32,000 nucleotides of DNA from Acaryochloris thomasi RCC1774 (GTDB lineage Bacteria; Cyanobacteriota; Cyanobacteriia; Thermosynechococcales; Thermosynechococcaceae). Numbering within the stretch: the first letter of the stretch is position 1; each line of letters opens with the position of its first letter. The translations under genes were made by a program, and so were the position numbers. Of this stretch, positions 26,422 to 32,000 are shown in pieces. The notes under the pieces were generated by a model. The model made no database searches and was not told the DNA's origin. It was given only the letters and a program-made list of their open reading frames with translations. Where the stretch lies: NCBI RefSeq assembly GCF_003231495.1, contig NZ_PQWO01000003.1, positions 240,001-272,000 on the forward strand. The letters run 5' to 3'.

Positions 26422-29400
26422 ATGGCAGAACAAGCATCTCAAATACAGCGAGAGAAACTTTCTCCCGTATTTACAAACAAAGTTGTCAACAAGGGTGGCT
26501 TGAAGCGACTAGTTCACTGGTCGTTTACGCACTATGGCACAGCTCGCACAGCCGAAATGGCCGATCATCTCAAAGATTTAGGCTTCCGTTTTGCGACCCG
26601 TGCGGGTGTTTCCATCAGTGTTGATGATCTTCAGGTTCCTGAGAGTAAGAAAAAGCTACTAGAGACAGCTGAAGAAGAAATTCGGACTACAGAAGATCGC
26701 TATACGCGTGGTGAGATCACTGAAGTTGAACGGTTCCAGAAGGTCATTGATACTTGGAATGGGACTAGCGAAGAACTTAAAGACGAAGTTGTTCGTAATT
26801 TCAAGTCGAATAATCCACTGAACTCGGTTTATATGATGGCTTTCTCCGGTGCACGGGGAAATCTATCTCAGGTGCGCCAACTCGTCGGTATGCGAGGGCT
26901 AATGGCGGATCCTCAGGGTGAAATTATTGCACTGCCGATTAAAACTAATTTCCGAGAAGGCCTGACGGTTACTGAGTATATTATTTCATCCTATGGTGCC
27001 CGTAAGGGTCTTGTAGACACGGCCCTGAGAACGGCAGACTCTGGGTATCTGACCCGTCGTTTAGTAGACGTTTCTCAGGATGTGATTATTCGGGAAGCTG
27101 ACTGCGGTACCCAACGAGGTGTCTCAGTCAAAAGTATGACGGATGGTGAGCGGGTTCTCATTCCTCTGCAGGATCGCCTGCTGGGGCGTGTGGTACTAGA
27201 GGAGGTCCTGCATCCTGAAACGAAGGAAGTCATTGTTGAAAAGAACGGAGCCATCTCTGAGGCAACGGCGAGAAAGATTGGTGCAGCAAACGTAGAAGAG
27301 GTGATTGTACGGTCGCCTTTGACTTGTGAAGCCGCTCGCTCGGTTTGTCAGTGCTGCTATGGCTGGAGCCTTGCCCATGCTCACTTAGTAGACGTTGGTG
27401 AAGCAGTCGGGATTATCGCTGCCCAATCCATTGGTGAACCAGGCACACAGCTCACCATGCGCACCTTCCATACGGGTGGTGTATTTACGGCAGAAGTTGC
27501 TAGCCAGATTCGAGCGCCCTTTGATGGTGTGATCAAATATCCAAAGCAGATGCGGAGTCGGCCCTATCGGACGCGTCATGGTGAAGACGCATTGACGGCT
27601 GAGACCAGTACAAAACTTACCATTGAAAGCGGTAGCAAGAAAAAGACCTTTGATATTACGCAGGGATCAACCCTACTCTTCCAAGATGGTCAGTCGGTAA
27701 AGGCTGGCAAGATGTTGGCAGAAGTCGCCATCACGGGCCGCAATATCCAGAAAACGACGGAGAAAGCGACAAAAGACGTCACCTCTGACCTCGCAGGACA
27801 GGCGAAGTTCTTTAATCTCGTGCCTGAAGAGAAGCATGACCGTCAGGGCAATACTACGCGCATTGCACCTCGAGGTGGGCTGATCTGGGTATTGTCTGGC
27901 GAGGTTTACAATCTTCCGCCTGGGGCTGAACCAACGGTAAAAAATAATGATCGCATCGCTGAGAGTGATGTCTTGGCTGAAACTAAGCTAATGACTGAGC
28001 ACGGTGGTGTCGTACGTTTACCTGAGCAGACAGAGGGCAAGGGTGGCCGAGAAGTTGAGATGATTACGGCCTCTGTGGTTTTAGACCATGCTCAAGTGAT
28101 TTTAGATGCCCATCAGGGGCGAGAGCAGTACATTATTGAAGCTAGCAATAAGCAGAACTTTCTGCTGCGAGCCACACCGGGTTCTAAGGTTATCAACCAT
28201 CAAGTCGTCGCTGAGCTGATTGACGATCAGTACCGTACGAATACCGGTGGCATTATCAAGTATGCCGGTGTAGAAGTTGCCAAGCGTAGCGGTAAAGCAA
28301 AGCAAGGCTACGAAGTAACCAAGGGTGGTACGCTTCTCTGGGTTCCCGAAGAAGCTCACGAAGTCAATAAAGATATCTCGTTACTATTAGTTGAAGATGG
28401 CCAGTATGTCGAAGCTGGCTCTGAAGTTGTCAAAGATATCTTCTGTCAGAGCAGTGGCGTGGTTGAAGTTACCCAGAAAAACGACATCCTGCGCGAGGTT
28501 CTGATCAAGCCAGGCGATCTGCATTTGATTGATGACCCAGATGCGCTGAAGAGCAAGCATGAGACCATCGCTAATCCTGGTGATACGGTCATGAAGGGAC
28601 TGACTGTTGATGAGTTGCGGTATATCGAATGCGTCGTCACCCCAGAAGGTGATGCGGTGCTGCTGCGTCCTGTGGTTGAGTTTACGGTTCCTGATGAGCC
28701 AGGGATCCCGTCTCAGACTTCTATTAATGAGGCTGGTCGCTCCATTCAGCTGCAATCCCTGCAGCGACTGCAGTATAAAGATGGCGAACGCGTTAAGTCT
28801 GTGGGCGGCGTCGATTTGTTGAAGACGCAGTTGGTGCTTGACATCGATGCTGATGCACCGCAGCTAGCAGCAGATATTGAGGTAACGCCAGATGAAAAGG
28901 ATCCAGAGATTTCACGGCTGCAGCTAGTGATTTTGGAAACGCTGGTAATCCGCCGTGATATCGCAGCCGATCAAACTCAGGGTAGTACTCATACACGGCT
29001 TTTGGTTGAAGATGGCCAACATATTAAACCTGGCGCTGTTGTTGCTCGCACCGAGATTAAGGCCAAGCAAAGTGGGGAGGTCCAAGGAATTCGTGGTGAT
29101 GGAGAGGCCATTCGTCGCTTGCTCTTGATCACAGAGGCTGACCAAGTTGTGCTTGAGCTAGCCGGTCAGTCTGCTTCTGTTAAAGAAGGTGATTTACTCC
29201 GCGAAGGTGATGAAGTTGCCTCTGGACTGTCGGTATCAGAATCCTGTCAAGTGATGGAGATTCAGCAAAATCAAGTCATTTTGCGCATTGCTCGTCCCTA
29301 CCTCGTGTCACCAGGCGCAGTTCTACAGATTGATGATGGTGACTTGGTACAGCGGGGCGATAATTTGGCGCTCCTTGTCTTTGAGCGGACCAAAACGGGT

Positions 29401-30405
29401 GATATTATTCAGGGCCTACCGCGCATTGAAGAACTTCTAGAAGCTCGTAAACCCAAGGAAATGTGCATTTTATGCCAGCGTCCAGGGACGGGACAGGTTG
29501 TCTACAACGATGATGACAGTATCGAGATCAAAGTTGTTGAAGGAGACGGTACAATCACGGACTATCCCATTGGTCCAGGACAAAACCCCTTTATTAACGA
29601 CGGGCAATCTGTTGAGGCTGGCGAGCCGATTACGGATGGTCCCATTAACCCCCACGATATTCTGGAAATTCATTTCCGTCTTCATAAGGAATCTAAGGGA
29701 ACCTATGAGTCTGCTTTAATCAGCCTTCAGAAGGTGCAAACGTTCTTGGTTAATGGAGTACAGTCTGTTTATCAGTCTCAGGGAATCGATATCTCTGACA
29801 AGCATATTGAGGTAGTTGTTCGACAGATGACCTCCAAAGTGCGGATTGATGATGGCGGTGATACGACAATGTTGCCAGGTGAATTGATCGACCTCTACCA
29901 GGTTGAGCAGGTCAACGAGGCGATGTCTATTACGGGGGGGGCACCTGCAGACTATACTCCAGTACTTTTGGGTATCACAAAGGCCTCGTTGAATACGGAT
30001 AGCTTCATCTCGGCAGCGAGTTTCCAGGAAACAACGCGTGTCTTGACGGAGGCTGCGATTCAGGGCAAATCTGACTGGCTACGCAGTCTCAAAGAGAACG
30101 TCATTATTGGTCGGTTGATCCCTGCAGGAACTGGTTTCAACACCTATGAAGAGAGTTTGGAGTTAGAGCCTGTCTATGATGGCTCTGCCTTTGCTGGCGA
30201 GACTGATGTGATTGACGACCAAACGGCTCGCAACTATGGCCTAGACAAGGCGATTGATCCAAAGGGAGGTGATGGGCTGGTGTCGAATGCTTCCTCTGTA
30301 GGCGAGCGTCCTCGATCTGTGATGGGGTTAGATGCCGCTGATGACTATGCGCTCATTGATGATCAGGTGGCCGAGCAGCTAACGTCTGAGAAACCAAAGG
30401 AGTAG
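26422..30405 (+). CDS. rpoC2: DNA-directed RNA polymerase subunit beta-prime (C-terminal half, cyanobacterial split, with large trigger-loop insertion)
   Basis: 1327-aa ORF starting 16 nt after rpoC1. Bridge-helix region (SGARGN..Q.RQL.GMRGLMA), trigger loop [16 protein letters not shown] ... [14 protein letters not shown] separated by about 635 aa. Conserved C-terminal [21 protein letters not shown]. Confidence 0.98.
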   Translation: MAEQASQIQREKLSPVFTNKVVNKGGLKRLVHWSFTHYGTARTAEMADHLKDLGFRFATRAGVSISVDDLQVPESKKKLLETAEEEIRTTEDRYTRGEITEVERFQKVIDTWNGTSEELKDEVVRNFKSNNPLNSVYMMAFSGARGNLSQVRQLVGMRGLMADPQGEIIALPIKTNFREGLTVTEYIISSYGARKGLVDTALRTADSGYLTRRLVDVSQDVIIREADCGTQRGVSVKSMTDGERVLIPLQDRLLGRVVLEEVLHPETKEVIVEKNGAISEATARKIGAANVEEVIVRSPLTCEAARSVCQCCYGWSLAHAHLVDVGEAVGIIAAQSIGEPGTQLTMRTFHTGGVFTAEVASQIRAPFDGVIKYPKQMRSRPYRTRHGEDALTAETSTKLTIESGSKKKTFDITQGSTLLFQDGQSVKAGKMLAEVAITGRNIQKTTEKATKDVTSDLAGQAKFFNLVPEEKHDRQGNTTRIAPRGGLIWVLSGEVYNLPPGAEPTVKNNDRIAESDVLAETKLMTEHGGVVRLPEQTEGKGGREVEMITASVVLDHAQVILDAHQGREQYIIEASNKQNFLLRATPGSKVINHQVVAELIDDQYRTNTGGIIKYAGVEVAKRSGKAKQGYEVTKGGTLLWVPEEAHEVNKDISLLLVEDGQYVEAGSEVVKDIFCQSSGVVEVTQKNDILREVLIKPGDLHLIDDPDALKSKHETIANPGDTVMKGLTVDELRYIECVVTPEGDAVLLRPVVEFTVPDEPGIPSQTSINEAGRSIQLQSLQRLQYKDGERVKSVGGVDLLKTQLVLDIDADAPQLAADIEVTPDEKDPEISRLQLVILETLVIRRDIAADQTQGSTHTRLLVEDGQHIKPGAVVARTEIKAKQSGEVQGIRGDGEAIRRLLLITEADQVVLELAGQSASVKEGDLLREGDEVASGLSVSESCQVMEIQQNQVILRIARPYLVSPGAVLQIDDGDLVQRGDNLALLVFERTKTGDIIQGLPRIEELLEARKPKEMCILCQRPGTGQVVYNDDDSIEIKVVEGDGTITDYPIGPGQNPFINDGQSVEAGEPITDGPINPHDILEIHFRLHKESKGTYESALISLQKVQTFLVNGVQSVYQSQGIDISDKHIEVVVRQMTSKVRIDDGGDTTMLPGELIDLYQVEQVNEAMSITGGAPADYTPVLLGITKASLNTDSFISAASFQETTRVLTEAAIQGKSDWLRSLKENVIIGRLIPAGTGFNTYEESLELEPVYDGSAFAGETDVIDDQTARNYGLDKAIDPKGGDGLVSNASSVGERPRSVMGLDAADDYALIDDQVAEQLTSEKPKE

Positions 30406-30431
30406 GCGTACCGCTCCCTCAGGTATACGAC

Positions 30432-30466
30432 ATCTAGAGCGCAGGCCTATTGGCTGCGCTCTAGAT
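30432..30466. terminator. Strong hairpin between convergent rpoC2 and thiE (possible bidirectional terminator)
   Basis: Perfect 13-bp inverted repeat ATCTAGAGCGCAG (30432-30444) / CTGCGCTCTAGAT (30454-30466) with a 9-nt spacer. It starts 27 nt after the rpoC2 stop, and its right arm encodes the last thiE codons. No clean T-run on either side, so the terminator function is inferred. Confidence 0.45.
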
Positions 30467-31517
30467 TATGACCCGGAAACTTCTTAAGAAGTCTCTGGGT
30501 TATTTCTGTCGGATTTGGATCCTGCATAATTGCTCGCACCACTGCTGCTTTTTCTGCTCCAGCAGCTAGTACCTCGGTTAAGTTCTGTTCGTCAATGCCG
30601 CCGATTGCATACCAGGGCATTGGGGAATTTTGAGAGACATATTGAATGTAATCTAGCCCGACGGGTGCTTTACCCACTTTGGTTGGTGTGGCAAAAATCG
30701 GACCTACGCCAATGTAATCAGCTTTTTCTTTAATGGCTCGCTCCATTTCGTCAACGTTTGTTGTCGACCGACCAACAACTTTTTCGGGACCGAGAATTTG
30801 GCGAGCGAGGGCCATTGGAACATCTTGTTGACCCAGGTGGACACCATCGGCGTTAACGGCCAGCGCAATATCAACACGATCGTTGACGATAAAGAGCGCA
30901 TCATGCTGATGGCAGAGCTGACAAAGCTGATGGGCGGTGTGCAAGCGTTCGCTGTCAGATGAGTCTTTGTCCCGATGCTGTACTAACTTCAAGCCGCCCT
31001 TCAAGGCTGCTTTTACTGTTGCAACTAAGGTTTCACTAGGGGAAGTCACAAGATATAGGTCAGGTAGAGTGTATGGATCTCGTAGAAGCCTGCTTCTCAA
31101 AGATGAATGGTGTGTAGCTCGAGACAATTGGCTTTCGAGGGTGTAAATTTGATATCGCATCTGCTTGCAAATGTCTGCCATTGCGGGTTCGCAAAGCTTG
31201 CTGTATTCTTCCAGCACCCTTAGTGATTCTTGAGTACGGGCGAGATTGGCTTGTAGAACAGCGTCAGGACTGGCCCGAGACTGCTCTTGAATGTGGGTTA
31301 GCTGTGTGCCTGGATCGTGGAGAGTATCGCGAGCCTGCCGGAAAATTGGCCGGTGTAACTGGGCTAATTCATGACGCAGATGCTTGCACTGGTCTGCTAG
31401 CTCAAGGTCCCGCAGACTAAAGCGACACCACTCTTCGATGACGCGGATTCCCTCACGGGCACGATCAAGGTTCGCATCCAAGATACGGTAGATGGCAGAA
31501 TTATGCGGCTTCTCCAT
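30447..31517 (-). CDS. thiE: Thiamine-phosphate synthase with an N-terminal extension of about 135 aa
   Basis: 356-aa ORF. The C-terminal 200 aa or so carry ThiE motifs (LYLVT, LVQ.R.K, FIVNDRVD.A....DGVHLGQ.D, GRS, ADYIG.GPIF.T.TK, IGGI). The N-terminal helical region (YRILDANLDRAREG.RV.EE..RF) is additional. Confidence 0.88.
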   Translation of the reverse strand: MEKPHNSAIYRILDANLDRAREGIRVIEEWCRFSLRDLELADQCKHLRHELAQLHRPIFRQARDTLHDPGTQLTHIQEQSRASPDAVLQANLARTQESLRVLEEYSKLCEPAMADICKQMRYQIYTLESQLSRATHHSSLRSRLLRDPYTLPDLYLVTSPSETLVATVKAALKGGLKLVQHRDKDSSDSERLHTAHQLCQLCHQHDALFIVNDRVDIALAVNADGVHLGQQDVPMALARQILGPEKVVGRSTTNVDEMERAIKEKADYIGVGPIFATPTKVGKAPVGLDYIQYVSQNSPMPWYAIGGIDEQNLTEVLAAGAEKAAVVRAIMQDPNPTEITQRLLKKFPGHNLERSQ

Positions 31518-31590
31518 TGTTTTAGAGATTGGGGTGGACAGGTAAAAATTAGTTTCTTCTGCAGTACTTGTTTACAAAGTCGACATAAAA

Positions 31591-32000
31591 TCAAGGTTTT
31601 CCGAGGGTTTGTAGCAGTTGTCCCGTCATTAGTTGCCAAACCCGGATGGTATTGTCTTCGCTACCGCTGACGACAATCGCGCCGTCGGGACTAACGCTCA
31701 ACGCCGAAATTTCACCGCTGTGTCCTTTGAGGGTCTGGACTAACTGAGCATCCTGTAAGCGCCAAAGCTTGATCAGGCTGTCGCTGCTACCGCTGGCCAA
31801 GACTGCGTTATTTGTGCTGAGCGCTAACGCAGAAATGGCTTGGCCATGTCCAGGCAAGGCTCTGATCAGCTGACCTGTTTGCATGTTCCAAAGATGGATG
31901 GCGCCTCCTAAACCTCCGCTGGCCAACTGACGACCATTCTGGCCAACGGCTAGGGCACTTGTAAACTGCATTGTCTTGATCGCATCCCAGTCATTCACAT
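31591..32000 (-). CDS. WD40-repeat protein, C-terminal blades only (5' end outside window)
   Basis: Open to the window edge. About three WD repeats visible (LASGG..G.IHLWN, GHGQAISALA...LASGSSDSLIKLWR, GHSGEISALSVSPDG...SGSEDNTIRVWQ). Stop at 31591-31593. Confidence 0.8.
   Translation of the reverse strand, partial: VNDWDAIKTMQFTSALAVGQNGRQLASGGLGGAIHLWNMQTGQLIRALPGHGQAISALALSTNNAVLASGSSDSLIKLWRLQDAQLVQTLKGHSGEISALSVSPDGAIVVSGSEDNTIRVWQLMTGQLLQTLGKP

Noticed and set aside
28387-28755. 122-aa ORF antisense to rpoC2, together with similar antisense ORFs at 22881-23222, 28102-28359, 5100-5414 and 10410-10712
   Set aside because: All are embedded opposite confidently assigned conserved genes and lack start signals or protein-like motifs, so I treat them as chance open frames.
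31570-31587. HLR1-like (RpaB-type) direct repeat GTTTACAA-AG-TCGACATA upstream of thiE
   Set aside because: The second half-site has two mismatches to the (G/T)TTACA(T/A)(T/A) consensus. There is no supporting context, and a chance match is likely.
31518-31590. Possible TPP riboswitch upstream of thiE
   Set aside because: The 73-nt spacer, read on the minus strand, lacks the conserved CUGAGA and pyrimidine-sensing helix elements of THI-box riboswitches, and it is too short for the aptamer plus expression platform.

Overview
This window looks like a core-chromosome segment of a cyanobacterium. The evidence is the split RNA polymerase genes (rpoB, rpoC1, rpoC2) preceded by rpsT and tatD, plus pcyA, an NblS/Hik33-type sensor kinase, a long HPF (lrtA-type), and at least 10 exact copies of the HIP1 palindrome GCGATCGC. 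I call 29 protein-coding genes, two of them cut by the window edges, and three hairpin/terminator candidates. All product calls rest on motif-level recognition of the supplied translations, not on database searches. I found no rRNA, tRNA, CRISPR array, transposase or integrase, tandem-repeat array, or recognisable defence or toxin-antitoxin cassette. I do not see a convincing novel multi-gene system. The best leads are modest: (1) a kptA (Tpt1 RNA 2'-phosphotransferase) and GFA-family pair coupled by a TAATG overlap and somewhat AT-richer than its neighbours; (2) a PDZ-radical SAM-DUF512 protein of unknown function; (3) a 203-aa orphan ORF with an acidic tail whose 3' end overlaps the convergent DUF255 gene; (4) a 45-aa membrane micro-protein coupled by TAATG to a thioredoxin-like 2Fe-2S ferredoxin; (5) an AT-rich islet carrying an orphan membrane ORF; (6) edge-truncated genes (possible orthocaspase-type C-terminus, WD40 protein) whose informative domains lie outside the window.
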